Source of the DNA: a bacterium
GTDB lineage: Bacteria; RBG-13-61-14; DATKZS01
Direction of reading: 5' to 3'
Assembly: GCA_963674965.2 (NCBI GenBank)
Contig: CAXXFL010000004.1
Span: 1-64,000 of the forward strand
Length of the DNA stretch: 64,000 nucleotides
A program made the position numbers and the translations under genes. The notes below the pieces were generated by a model. The model ran no database searches, was not told where the DNA came from, and saw nothing but the letters and a program-made list of their open reading frames with translations. Below are positions 1 to 9,422 of this stretch, in pieces; the stretch's first letter is position 1; every line of letters begins with the position of its first letter.

Positions 1-488
1 CCAAGAAAGACGACGGAGGACCCAAGGAGGCCTACGGACTCTCGGACGAGTTCATCGCCATGAGTCCGGAGGAGGCCGAACAGCTAAAGAAAAAGGAAGG
101 CGTTCCCACCAGGCCGCCGGAAAAACCCGACGCGCCGGCCCAGCCGGGCGCCGGCCCTCCAGAGGCCGCGTCTCCCTCCGCGGCTTCCGCGCCCCCCGCG
201 GGAAACGCTTCTTCCCCCGCGCCTCCCGGGCCCGCCGCGCCGCCAAGGGAGCCGGCCAAGGCCGCCCCTCCCCCACCGCCGCCCGCGCCGCCCAAACCCG
301 CGCCGGCGCCCGCCCAACCTCGCGTGGCCCCGGCGGCGGAGAAACTGGTGGTGGCCAGATGGGGAAACCCGCAGCTTACGCCCGGCGGCGTGCTCAAGCT
401 CCCCGTGGTTTTCAAGGACCCCGTCACGGGCAAGGAATACACTACCGCCATATCGATCCAGGTCAGCCCTCTTACGCCCTCGGGATAG
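1..488 (+). CDS. Partial CDS (5' end outside window); Pro/Ala-rich linker followed by a short C-terminal beta-rich segment
   Basis: Frame is open from position 3 to TAG at 486-488; low-complexity PAP repeats then KLVVARWGNPQLTPGGVLKLPVVFKD... Confidence 0.6.
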   Translation, partial: KKDDGGPKEAYGLSDEFIAMSPEEAEQLKKKEGVPTRPPEKPDAPAQPGAGPPEAASPSAASAPPAGNASSPAPPGPAAPPREPAKAAPPPPPPAPPKPAPAPAQPRVAPAAEKLVVARWGNPQLTPGGVLKLPVVFKDPVTGKEYTTAISIQVSPLTPSG

Positions 489-541
489 AAGATATCGACC
501 CGCGAGAAGGCTTTTTCTAAGGCCCCTTGCATGCGCCGGAA

Positions 542-570
542 TTGACACTGGGACTTGCCTTCGATATGTT
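542..570 (+). promoter_or_regulatory. Sigma70-like promoter for the DsbA-family operon
   Basis: TTGACA (542-547), 17-bp spacer, TATGTT (565-570), upstream of ATG 627. Confidence 0.55.
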
Positions 571-626
571 GGCCATCTTAGCCGGCGGATATTAAACCGC
601 CAAGACCCTCGAGTGGAGAGAAGAGA

Positions 627-1541
627 ATGGCAAAAGACAAAAAAGGCGCTCAAAAGAAACCAACGGAAAAAACCCCGAGAGAGACCAAGGCTCCAAATCC
701 CATGGTCCTCGGCCTCGTCGCCCTCGGCATTCTGCTCGCCTTCGCCGTAGGGTTCATCGTGGGAAGCGCCGCCTTCAAGGAGAAAAAGGACGCGACCCAG
801 GCCTCGGCTCGTCCGGACGCGCCGGTAAAGGTCGTCCTGGCCGACGGGACCCCCATCGGCGACCGCCTTAACAAGATGGAAGAGAACATGGTACAGTCTC
901 TCAACTCCGAGGCGAGCAGGGTAACGCAGTTCACCAGGGAAGTGGGACGCCAGAAAATCCTCGACGCCGTGGCCGCCGAGGCCACGCTGACCCTCGATCT
1001 TTCCAAGGCCGACCGTTTCCCCTCGAAGGGGCCAAAGGAAGCGCTGGTCACCCTGGTCGAGTTCTCGGATTTCATGTGCCCCTATTGCTCGAAAATGGCC
1101 GTGATCATCGATCAGATTTACGAGAGAAACCCGAATAACATAAGGGTCGTTTTCGTCGACACGCCCCTTACCTCCATTCACCCTTACTCGCCGCTCATTC
1201 ACCAGGGCGGCATCGAGGCGCACAAGCAGGGAAAATTCTGGGAATACTATTCCCACGTTTTTATCAACCAGAAAAAACTATTCCCCCGCGGAAGGCCCAA
1301 GGACAACGCGGACTGCGTAAACATCCTGGTGGAGGAAGCGGGTAAAATAGGACTCGATCAAGAGAAAATGAGGCAGGCCCTGGAGAAGGGGACTCATAAG
1401 GCCGAGCTCGACCGCACCGACGCCATGGTCAAGTCGCTGGGCATCAACTCGACTCCCACCGTGTACGCCAACGCCTATTTCAAGATCAACGACCCCAACG
1501 TGGCGCTGAGGATGAGCCAGAAGGGGGTCGCTCTCGAATAG
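627..1541 (+). CDS. Membrane-anchored DsbA-family thioredoxin-domain protein
   Basis: N-terminal TM helix; EFSDFMCPYC active site; QGKFWEY; cis-Pro loop STPT. Confidence 0.85.
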   Translation: MAKDKKGAQKKPTEKTPRETKAPNPMVLGLVALGILLAFAVGFIVGSAAFKEKKDATQASARPDAPVKVVLADGTPIGDRLNKMEENMVQSLNSEASRVTQFTREVGRQKILDAVAAEATLTLDLSKADRFPSKGPKEALVTLVEFSDFMCPYCSKMAVIIDQIYERNPNNIRVVFVDTPLTSIHPYSPLIHQGGIEAHKQGKFWEYYSHVFINQKKLFPRGRPKDNADCVNILVEEAGKIGLDQEKMRQALEKGTHKAELDRTDAMVKSLGINSTPTVYANAYFKINDPNVALRMSQKGVALE

Positions 1542-1682
1542 CCCGGCGGAACAAAAAGGTTCCCGGACCACTCATACGAACGGCGAACATAAGCAACGAA
1601 CGCGGCCGTTCCCGAGTCCCGCTTAGTAGGGAAAAGCGGACGGGAAAGGGGCCATGCAATTTTATTTTGGGGAGGCAAAATT

Positions 1683-3197
1683 ATGAAGAATCGTAAATGG
1701 AACGAACTGATCGCGCCGGCGTTTTGCGTCGCCGCGCTTTTTATCCTGCAATCGTGCTGTCCGCCTCAGGCCGACTGCAAGCCCGAGCGGCCGGCGGCGG
1801 CCAAGGCCGATTGCGACGAGATAAGGGCGGTCGGGGCCGACGGCGAGGCCCTGGCCGAGCTTGTGGACCGTCTCGAGGAAAACATAAAATTTCTCGAGGA
1901 TCGAATGGGACCGGGCCGCAACAAGCCGCAGGTGGACGACTCTCAGACCTACAATTTCGACCTGGCGGGGGCGCCCTTCATGGGGCCGGAGGACGCCAGG
2001 CTTACCCTGGTCGTTTTCAGCGACTTCCAGTGCCCGTACTGTAAAAGGTTCGCCCAGGCCAGCCACGAGATAGTCGAAAAAATGGACGGGGACCTGAAAC
2101 TGGTCTTCATGAACTTCCAGCTTCACAACGAGTGCAACGACTCGGTCAGCAGGCCCATGCATCCCCAGGCCTGCCTGGCGGCCAACGCGGCCATGGCGGC
2201 CAACGCCCAGGGAAAATTCTGGGAGATGCACGACCACATCTTCGAGAACTCGAGGAACCTGACGAGCGAGGAGTTGGTATCCTTCGCTCAGTCTCAGGGC
2301 ATGGACGGGGAAAAGATACGGCAAGCCATTGAAAACAACGAGTATAAAGACGTACTTAACGAGCAGGCCAAGCAGCTCCTCCCAACCGGAAGCAGGGGAA
2401 CGCCCACCGCGTTTCTTAACGGCCGGAAAATGCAGGCCAGATGGGACGACGTGGACTCGGTGGTGGAATTTCTGAAAGAACAATTGGAGCCGGGCGAGAA
2501 GGTGGAGGAGCCGGCGGTGAAGCCGGCCGTGGATTCTCCCGGCGACCTTCCGGCCGCCCGAGTGGTGCTCGACGACGGGACCAGGCTCGAGGAAAGACTG
2601 TCCAACCTGGCCGAGAGGATGGACGCCCTTGGGCTGTCCGGACCCAAGAGACCGTCCGCCCCCAAGGGACCCGATCCTAAAAGGGAGTACAAATTCAATC
2701 TCGATAAGGCCCAGCCCCTGGGCAAGGCCGACGCTCCCGTGTCACTGGTGGTGTTCTCCAACTTTACCTGCCCCCATTGCGCGAACTTCGCCAAGGAAAT
2801 ACACGAGATACACAAGAAGTATCCCGAGCGGGTGAAAATTTATTTCAAAAACGTGCCCAACCAGTCCCAGCAGGCCTCGGTCCAGGCCCACATGGCGGCC
2901 GTCGCGGCCCAGGAGCAGGGGAAATTCTGGGAAATGCACGACAAGATTTTCGATAACAGGAAAAACATCAGCGATGAATCGCTCAAGCAATTCGCCCAGG
3001 ACATAGGCCTGGACCTGGCCAAGTACCAGGCCGGCTTCGAGGATAAGAGCTATATAAAAGTCCTGGCCGACGACCTCAAGGAAGCGGACTCAGCGGCGGT
3101 AAAGGGCACTCCCACTTTATTCATCAACGGCAAGGTACAGGCCGACAGGTCCATGAAAGGAATCGAGGAGACGATTAACAAGCTGCTCGAGAAGTGA
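1683..3197 (+). CDS. Probable lipoprotein with two DsbA-family thioredoxin domains
   Basis: Lipobox-like LQSC; FSDFQCPYC and FSNFTCPHC; two QGKFWEMHD and two GTPT motifs; RBS GGAGG. Confidence 0.85.
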   Translation: MKNRKWNELIAPAFCVAALFILQSCCPPQADCKPERPAAAKADCDEIRAVGADGEALAELVDRLEENIKFLEDRMGPGRNKPQVDDSQTYNFDLAGAPFMGPEDARLTLVVFSDFQCPYCKRFAQASHEIVEKMDGDLKLVFMNFQLHNECNDSVSRPMHPQACLAANAAMAANAQGKFWEMHDHIFENSRNLTSEELVSFAQSQGMDGEKIRQAIENNEYKDVLNEQAKQLLPTGSRGTPTAFLNGRKMQARWDDVDSVVEFLKEQLEPGEKVEEPAVKPAVDSPGDLPAARVVLDDGTRLEERLSNLAERMDALGLSGPKRPSAPKGPDPKREYKFNLDKAQPLGKADAPVSLVVFSNFTCPHCANFAKEIHEIHKKYPERVKIYFKNVPNQSQQASVQAHMAAVAAQEQGKFWEMHDKIFDNRKNISDESLKQFAQDIGLDLAKYQAGFEDKSYIKVLADDLKEADSAAVKGTPTLFINGKVQADRSMKGIEETINKLLEK

Positions 3198-3208
3198 AGG
3201 AGAACGAC

Positions 3209-4204
3209 ATGCCCATCTGGTTAAAGCGTCTATTGGCCGCTCCGGCGGCGATGGTCTTCGTATTGCTTGCCAGTCCGGCCCCGGCGGATGAGCCGTCCGG
3301 CGACGAGCCGAGCTCGGTGGAAGACGATAAAACCGCCGCGGATGAATGGCCCATACCTCCCTCCGTGACCTGGGGGACAGGTTGGGACAGGCTGGTCGAG
3401 GCCCCCCTTATGCCCGCGGAGAACGGGGCGCGCCTGGTCCTGGACGTAACAAGCCTTGCCACCAAGCAGGCTTTTAACAATAACGGCGACGTGGAGACCA
3501 TGGAAAATCCTTATAACCTTCTCGACTCCGATCTATTTATCGAGTACGGCGTGGTTAAATGGCTGTCCATTTACGGTGGACTTCCCTTCCGGGTCGGTGA
3601 AATAGGAGAAACCAGAGGCGGGTCCATCGGCGACGCCTATGGGGGGTTCAGGGTCGGACTGGTAAGGACCGAATACTTCGACCTGGCCCTGGGTTTTCGC
3701 GTGTCAATTCCCACGGGCGTGAGCGACGTTGACGCCTACTTTATGGACGAGGAACTCAACGTGAGGAACTTCATGACCGGATATCCCAGCTACGCCTATT
3801 ATCCCGAGGCCCTTTTCAAGTTCAAAGCCGGTAACGTGGCCCTGGCCGGCGAGGCCAGATGGGTATTCCCCGAGTCCGACATGGTCAACTATGAGGGACC
3901 CAGGGACCAGGGTGAACAGGTCGAGGCCGATTTCGGAGACGGCTTCCTCGTCAACGCGGCCGCCTACTACCAGATAACCGACAACTGGCTGGCGGGACTC
4001 GAGACCGAGTACCAGTACTCGGACCAGACCATCGTTAATGGAAATGGACTGGATGACAGGACCGAGTATCTAAGGTTTACTCCAATGGTTGGATACCAGG
4101 GACTGAAATACGTGGACCTTTTCGTGGGCGTCGGATATAACGTCTCGGGAAAGAACGCTCCCGCCGGAGCGGTCTTTTCACTCAATATTACCAGCTTTTT
4201 CTGA
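3209..4204 (+). CDS. Probable outer-membrane beta-barrel ('transporter'/MetA-pathway-like) protein
   Basis: Signal peptide; amphipathic strands; GDAYGG and SIPTG motifs; C-terminal Phe; AAGGAG RBS before ATG 3209. Confidence 0.55.
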   Translation: MPIWLKRLLAAPAAMVFVLLASPAPADEPSGDEPSSVEDDKTAADEWPIPPSVTWGTGWDRLVEAPLMPAENGARLVLDVTSLATKQAFNNNGDVETMENPYNLLDSDLFIEYGVVKWLSIYGGLPFRVGEIGETRGGSIGDAYGGFRVGLVRTEYFDLALGFRVSIPTGVSDVDAYFMDEELNVRNFMTGYPSYAYYPEALFKFKAGNVALAGEARWVFPESDMVNYEGPRDQGEQVEADFGDGFLVNAAAYYQITDNWLAGLETEYQYSDQTIVNGNGLDDRTEYLRFTPMVGYQGLKYVDLFVGVGYNVSGKNAPAGAVFSLNITSFF

Positions 4205-4231
4205 CGCGGCGGTTTTGGGACAATACGGTTT

Positions 4232-4266
4232 CGAGCGGCTCGGTCCTTCCGGCCGCTCGCTTTTTT
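4232..4266 (+). terminator. Intrinsic terminator after the DsbA operon
   Basis: cgagcggc(t)cgg / ccggccgctcg stem followed by T6. Confidence 0.7.
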
Positions 4267-4393
4267 GCCGGGAGGCCGTGTTAAAGCCTATGGAAACCCG
4301 CCGCGAAATTATTGCCAACTACCATGTCGTATATTTGCCCTTTGTTTTTCGCGCGCGCGATTCAGTTTTGGATAGATATTTCCAAAGCTTTTC

Positions 4394-4423
4394 TTGACAT
4401 TCGGTCCGCTTTTAGTCTACTTT
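4394..4423 (+). promoter_or_regulatory. Possible sigma70 promoter for the oxidoreductase
   Basis: TTGACA, 18-bp spacer, TACTTT. Confidence 0.35.
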
Positions 4424-4512
4424 AGTTTATTAAGATATTTTAATCTTCTGGTCCGGCGGTAACTTTCATCCGATCCGTAGTGGGCCATGCCCGGAAGGAG
4501 GCATGACGAAAA

Positions 4513-5526
4513 ATGGCGGAACAACTTAACTGGGGAGTGGCCGGAGCGGGCAACAGGGCCCGCGAGTCTTTTATCCCGGCCCTTTTGGCTTCACGCTCTT
4601 CGAGGATTCTGGGCGTCTGCGGAGGAGACGCCGAGCGGACGAGGAATTCGCTTTCCAAGTGGCCCGACCTCGAGGTTTACGACGACCTGGGTTCCATGGT
4701 CAAGAACGGCGAGGTCCAGGCCGTTTATATAGCGACCCCCCACTTCATGCACGTGCCTCACGCCGTCCAGGCCATCGAGGCCGGCAAGCACGTCTTCATG
4801 GAGTCGCCCATGGCCCTGTCCGTGGACGGCGCCCATAAGCTGACGGAGAAGGCCAGGAAAATGAGCGTCCAGTTGGGCGTGGCCTTCCAGTACCGGTTCC
4901 ACCCCGCCGTTTCCGAGCTTAAAGCCAGGATCGACAACGGCGACCTCGGCGAGGCCCTCCACGTGAGCCTCAGCATCGCCGACAACGTCATCCTGCCCAG
5001 CGGATGGTGGTCCGACGCCAACCGGGCGGGGCCCGCGGCCCTTTTGCGCTTCGGGGTCCACGCCCTGGACCTGGCCGAGTGGCTCATGCCCGCGACGGTC
5101 ACCGAGGTCATGGCCTCGGGCAAGGACAGGGGCGAGAACAGGCAGGACGCCATCGTCAGCGTGTCCCTCCGCTTTGGCGACGGCTCGCTTGGCTTCGCCC
5201 TCGGCGCCGGCGGGTTCGGCGAGAAAAATCACTCAGTTAAGGTCGAGGGGGAAAAGGGCAGGATCAGCGTGGAGGGCGACTTCTCGGGGGCGGGACCCGT
5301 CGAGATGGTCGAGGTAATGGGCGGCAAGAAAAAGGTAAAGGAATACAAGCCGCAAGACCCGGTGGGCATAATGGTCGATTCTTTCGCCGAGGCCGTGTTG
5401 GGCGATAATGAATTCTCGCCGGCCGGCAAGGAGGGAAAAAAGATCGTCGAGATTACCTGCGCCGTCATCGAGAGCATGAAATCTCGCCACGCCGTCAAAG
5501 TTGGAGAAGTGTTAAGGCTGACCTGA
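4513..5526 (+). CDS. Gfo/Idh/MocA family oxidoreductase
   Basis: WGVAGAG Rossmann motif; AVYIATPHFMH; AGKHVFMESP; GVHALD. Confidence 0.85.
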   Translation: MAEQLNWGVAGAGNRARESFIPALLASRSSRILGVCGGDAERTRNSLSKWPDLEVYDDLGSMVKNGEVQAVYIATPHFMHVPHAVQAIEAGKHVFMESPMALSVDGAHKLTEKARKMSVQLGVAFQYRFHPAVSELKARIDNGDLGEALHVSLSIADNVILPSGWWSDANRAGPAALLRFGVHALDLAEWLMPATVTEVMASGKDRGENRQDAIVSVSLRFGDGSLGFALGAGGFGEKNHSVKVEGEKGRISVEGDFSGAGPVEMVEVMGGKKKVKEYKPQDPVGIMVDSFAEAVLGDNEFSPAGKEGKKIVEITCAVIESMKSRHAVKVGEVLRLT

Positions 5527-5536
5527 CCGGGAACTA

Positions 5537-6531
5537 GAGCACTTCACGTTTGTAATGTCGTATAACCGCACGAAAAAAAATAGCCCTTAGCATCGCTGGC
5601 CGTAATGGAAGATAATGCCTCGCTTATTGCCGCGATTAATCGAGGATGCGTTCGCGCCTTGGCGGAGCGTAAATGATTCTTCACCTTGCTCCACATCTTT
5701 TCGATCGGATTGAAATCGGGACTGTACGGAGGCAGGAACACCAAGCGGGCGCCGAGGGCCTCGATAATCTCCCGACTTTGGGCGTCCTTGTGCACCGAGA
5801 GATTATCGGCGACCACCACGTCGCCCGGCCGCAAGGTCGGGCCAAGGATGTGCCTGACGTAAGACCGAAAAACCTCACGGTTCGCGGAACCCTCGATCGC
5901 CATGCAACTCACCTGCCCGTCAAAACGAATCGAGCCGATCATCGTCGTGGTATGCCAATGACCATGGGGGGCGTGATCACGGACTCTCTGGCCCCGGCGG
6001 CCCCGCCCGCGGTGGCGGGTCATGTTGGTCTTGGCGCCAGACTCGTCGATGAATACCAGCCGCCGAGCATCGCCGAGCATCGGACCCGCGCTCCACTCCA
6101 GGCGGGAATGGATCACGTCAGGCCGGTTTTGTTCGCTGGCCGAAAGCGTTTTTTTTTAGGCTGTACCCCAAGCGCGCAACGGCGCGCTGCACCGCCATGA
6201 GGGAACACGACTTGCCCGTGAGTTCGCGCAACTCATCAAGAGTCGCGTCCGGGTGGCGAGCAATAAGGCCGTCCAAACGCTTAAGGTCGGCGCCGCGATA
6301 AACGGCGGCGCGGTGGCCACGTTTACCCGGCTCGGTCGAGCCATGTTCCCGGTACTGCTTGAGCCAGCGTTGAAAGGTGCGCGTACTGACCCGAAAGATG
6401 GCGGCGACCTCCAATTGCGTGTAATCGCCGGTCTGATAGGCGGCAAGCGCCCGCTCGCGAATCTCTGAAGATGATATTCCCATGACAAGAGAATACCACA
6501 ATCAATACGTCATGTCAATCGTTAAGTGCTC
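5537..6531 (-). mobile_element. IS630-family insertion sequence
   Basis: Imperfect ~27-bp terminal IRs (gagcacttcacgtttgtaatgtcgtat vs reverse complement of the right end, gagcacttaacgattgacatgacgtat); TA duplication at 5535-5536 and 6532-6533 in a CTAG target. Confidence 0.92.
5544..6483 (-). CDS. IS630 transposase (OrfA HTH + OrfB DDE, joined by -1 frameshift)
   Basis: OrfA 6483-6118 is HTH-like; OrfB has FIDESG, ADNLSVH, LPPYSPDFNPIE; A9 run at 6149-6157 on the minus strand links LKK to TLSASEQNRPDV. Confidence 0.9.
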
Positions 6532-7556
6532 TAGAGCCCCACCCCGTTCTTCGCGGCCCGCTTGATCCTGTACATGGCGTCGTCCGAGCGCTGGAGAAGG
6601 GTCTTAAGATCGGAGCCGTCGCCCGGATAGGAGGAAATCCCAAAGGACGCCGTGATCGTTACCTCGACGCCACGCTCGGGCTCGAACCGGACCTTGGCCA
6701 GACGCTTCCTGAAACCCTCGATAATGTCCTTGGCCTGCTCCTTGGTGAAGCCGGGAAGGGGGACCACGAACTCGTCCCCCCCGAAACGGATCGACGGGAA
6801 ACGCGGTCCCAGGTCCTCGGCGAGAAAACGGGCGAACTGCCTCAAGGTCTCGCTGCCCGCCATGTGGCCGTAGGTGTCCACGATCTGCTTGAAGTTGTCA
6901 AGGTCCAGGAACACGATGGAATAGGGAACGCCGCTGCGCTTGGACCGCTCGAGCTCGTCCGAGAGCAGGGTGGCCAGAAACCGGTCGTTGTAAAGCCCGG
7001 TCAGGGAGTCGGTCACGCTTTGTCTTTGCAACTCCTCCATGGTCCGGGCGTTCTCGAGGGCGATGGCGGCGTAGTCGGCCAGGCCCTGCAAGATGGGCCA
7101 CCTGGTGGAGACGAAGTCGTCGTAGTCGGCCAGGTTCACAAGCTCGATGACCCCCAATACCCTGCCCCTGAACTTGAGGGGAAAGCATACGATGGAAGTG
7201 GTCTTGAAACCGGTTATCTTGTCGACCTTGCCGCAAAAGGCCGGGTGCTTTTTAACGTCGCCCACGAAAAGAGGCTCGCCCGAGCGAGCGGCCTGGCCGG
7301 CGATGCCCTCGCCGGGCGCCAACTCGACGCCCTTGACCGAGTCCGGGTCGATGCCGTGCACCACCCCGAACCTCAGCCGTCCCGTGTCCTGATCCATTAA
7401 TAGAAGAGACCAGTTGTCCGCCCGGATGCTGGCCTGGGCCTTGTCCATTATCAGCTCGAGCACCTCGTCCAGATCGGTCAAGCCCACCAGGGCCTTCCCC
7501 ACCTCGACCAGGTCGCGCCATTCCTCGGCGGATACTCCGCGTCCATCGTCCGACAT
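6531..7556 (-). CDS. GAF-GGDEF diguanylate cyclase
   Basis: GAF domain (GEGIAG, PLKFRGRVLGVIEL); DSLTGLYN, DLDNFK and intact GGDEF; no RxxD I-site. Confidence 0.92.
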   Translation of the reverse strand: MSDDGRGVSAEEWRDLVEVGKALVGLTDLDEVLELIMDKAQASIRADNWSLLLMDQDTGRLRFGVVHGIDPDSVKGVELAPGEGIAGQAARSGEPLFVGDVKKHPAFCGKVDKITGFKTTSIVCFPLKFRGRVLGVIELVNLADYDDFVSTRWPILQGLADYAAIALENARTMEELQRQSVTDSLTGLYNDRFLATLLSDELERSKRSGVPYSIVFLDLDNFKQIVDTYGHMAGSETLRQFARFLAEDLGPRFPSIRFGGDEFVVPLPGFTKEQAKDIIEGFRKRLAKVRFEPERGVEVTITASFGISSYPGDGSDLKTLLQRSDDAMYRIKRAAKNGVGL

Positions 7557-7726
7557 GCGCGTCCTCCAAAGTAGTCTCTAAATTGTACAGCCTTATGGAC
7601 CCCGCGTAAAGAGATTGGAAACCGCTGACGGCCGGGATCAAGGAGGGTCCAATATAGTCCCGATCCAGTTCGCCTCTTGAGGCAAGAATTATCCTCGGCT
7701 TTTCATCTTCCCTGAAGGCCGCGTTA

Positions 7727-9187
7727 TTAAAGAGGAGACATCTCCTTTTTTTCGAGGTCTCGAAGCGCGCCTTGCATCCTGCCTTCAAGGTCCACGCTAT
7801 TTGGATCACCGGCCAGGTTCCTCATCTCCAGCGGGTCTTCCTCGAGATCGTACAGTTCATACTGTTCATCCTTGCCCTCGTCGAAATAGCGGGCGAACTT
7901 GTACCGGCCGTCGAAAACGGCCCTTATCTGGGCGGGGTTATTGCCGTACTCGACGTCCAGAAGGTCCGCCATGGCGCCCACCAGACCGGCGTTTTGGAAG
8001 GCGTCGGCCGGATACCCGAAGCACATGAGCGCGTGATCGTTCACCTCGCGTCCCGACTCGATAACGGGCGCAAGGCCCTTGCCCGGCGGGCGGGAATCCA
8101 TGACGGGAACTCCGGCCAGTTCCGGGAGCGTATAATAGAGGTCGACGTTTTGCGACAACGCGCTCGTCTCGGCCCCGGCCTGGATTTCTCCCGGCCACCT
8201 GAAAATCAGCGGCACGTTGTTGTTCTCATGATAGACGAACGGCCCCTTGCCCTGGAGCTGGTGGGACCCCGCCATCTCGCCGTGGTCGGAGGTAAAGACA
8301 ACGAGCGTGTTATCGGCCAGGCCCAACTCGTCGAGAGCCGCGAGGGCCCTTCCCACTTGCGCGTCCACCTTGCGGTTCAGGTAATAGTAGAAATCAACGT
8401 AGTGCCGCCAGTGTCTAACGGGCCGGTCCGGTCCCACGCCCAGCACGGTCTGCATGGTCAGTTGGAAGTCCTTTTGCACGCCCGGCTTGCCGGAAAGGTC
8501 GTCGTCGAAATTTCCGGGCAAATCCCTGCAAACGTTGGGCACCACCGCGGGCGACACGTCAAGACGCTTGTAGAACATCACGTCGTGCGGGTTTATAAGG
8601 GACAGAGTCAGAAACCAGGGGCCGTCGGAACCGTTTTCCTTCAGCCACTTGATGCTTTGATTTGTGAAGCCGCCGTCGCGCAAAAGGCCCTCGTAGGGCC
8701 ATCCGTCGCGGTCGGGTCCGGTCCAGACCTCGAACCCGTAGGCGGACAGGCCCGCTTCCTTGTAATCCTCCTCCAGGGTAAGGTGCCACTTGCCGAAGTA
8801 GGGAGTGCGGTATCCCGCCCTCTTAAAAATGTGGCCCAGAGTGGTGAAAGAAGGGTCCAGACTGGAGACCCCGGGAACGCCCAGGCCCGGATTGGGCATG
8901 TTCATCACCACTCCGTGCTGAGGCATGTGAAGACCCGTGAACAGACAAGCCCGGCTGGGCGAGCAAGGGACGGCCGACGTAAAATGGTTGGTGAACGACA
9001 TTCCCTCCCGGCGCAGCCCCTCATAGGCAGGCAAAGCCGCGTCCTCCGGGAACCAGCGGGGAAGCCGCATCTGGTCGACTATAATCAGAAGAACGTTAGG
9101 CCGCTTATCCCCGGCGCTCGCCCTTTTGCCACTCGCGCCCAGGGCCAGTCCCGCCCCGGTCCCTTTAATAAAGTCCCTTCTGTTCAT
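7727..9187 (-). CDS. Tat-exported Cys-type sulfatase
   Basis: MNRRDFIK twin-arginine leader; PNVLLIIVDQ; CSPSRA formylglycine motif; GKWHL; SDHGE. Confidence 0.9.
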   Translation of the reverse strand: MNRRDFIKGTGAGLALGASGKRASAGDKRPNVLLIIVDQMRLPRWFPEDAALPAYEGLRREGMSFTNHFTSAVPCSPSRACLFTGLHMPQHGVVMNMPNPGLGVPGVSSLDPSFTTLGHIFKRAGYRTPYFGKWHLTLEEDYKEAGLSAYGFEVWTGPDRDGWPYEGLLRDGGFTNQSIKWLKENGSDGPWFLTLSLINPHDVMFYKRLDVSPAVVPNVCRDLPGNFDDDLSGKPGVQKDFQLTMQTVLGVGPDRPVRHWRHYVDFYYYLNRKVDAQVGRALAALDELGLADNTLVVFTSDHGEMAGSHQLQGKGPFVYHENNNVPLIFRWPGEIQAGAETSALSQNVDLYYTLPELAGVPVMDSRPPGKGLAPVIESGREVNDHALMCFGYPADAFQNAGLVGAMADLLDVEYGNNPAQIRAVFDGRYKFARYFDEGKDEQYELYDLEEDPLEMRNLAGDPNSVDLEGRMQGALRDLEKKEMSPL

Positions 9188-9422
9188 GGGTTAGCCCCCC
9201 TTTAAAGGTCAATGAAATATAACCCGCCGCGAGAGCCGTATCAAGGCTAATGGATATATTTCCTCCAGGTACTCCGTCCTTTTCGATCGCCGAGCGTCCC
9301 GGCCATTTCATTGTTCCTTTCCCTTTAAAGTGGCGCGCGGTTTCTTGTTCTGCAATAATAGGGACTCGCTTATCGCGGCCGTCTCGATCGCGAAGGCGCC
9401 CATTAAATACTTGGAGAGAGTC

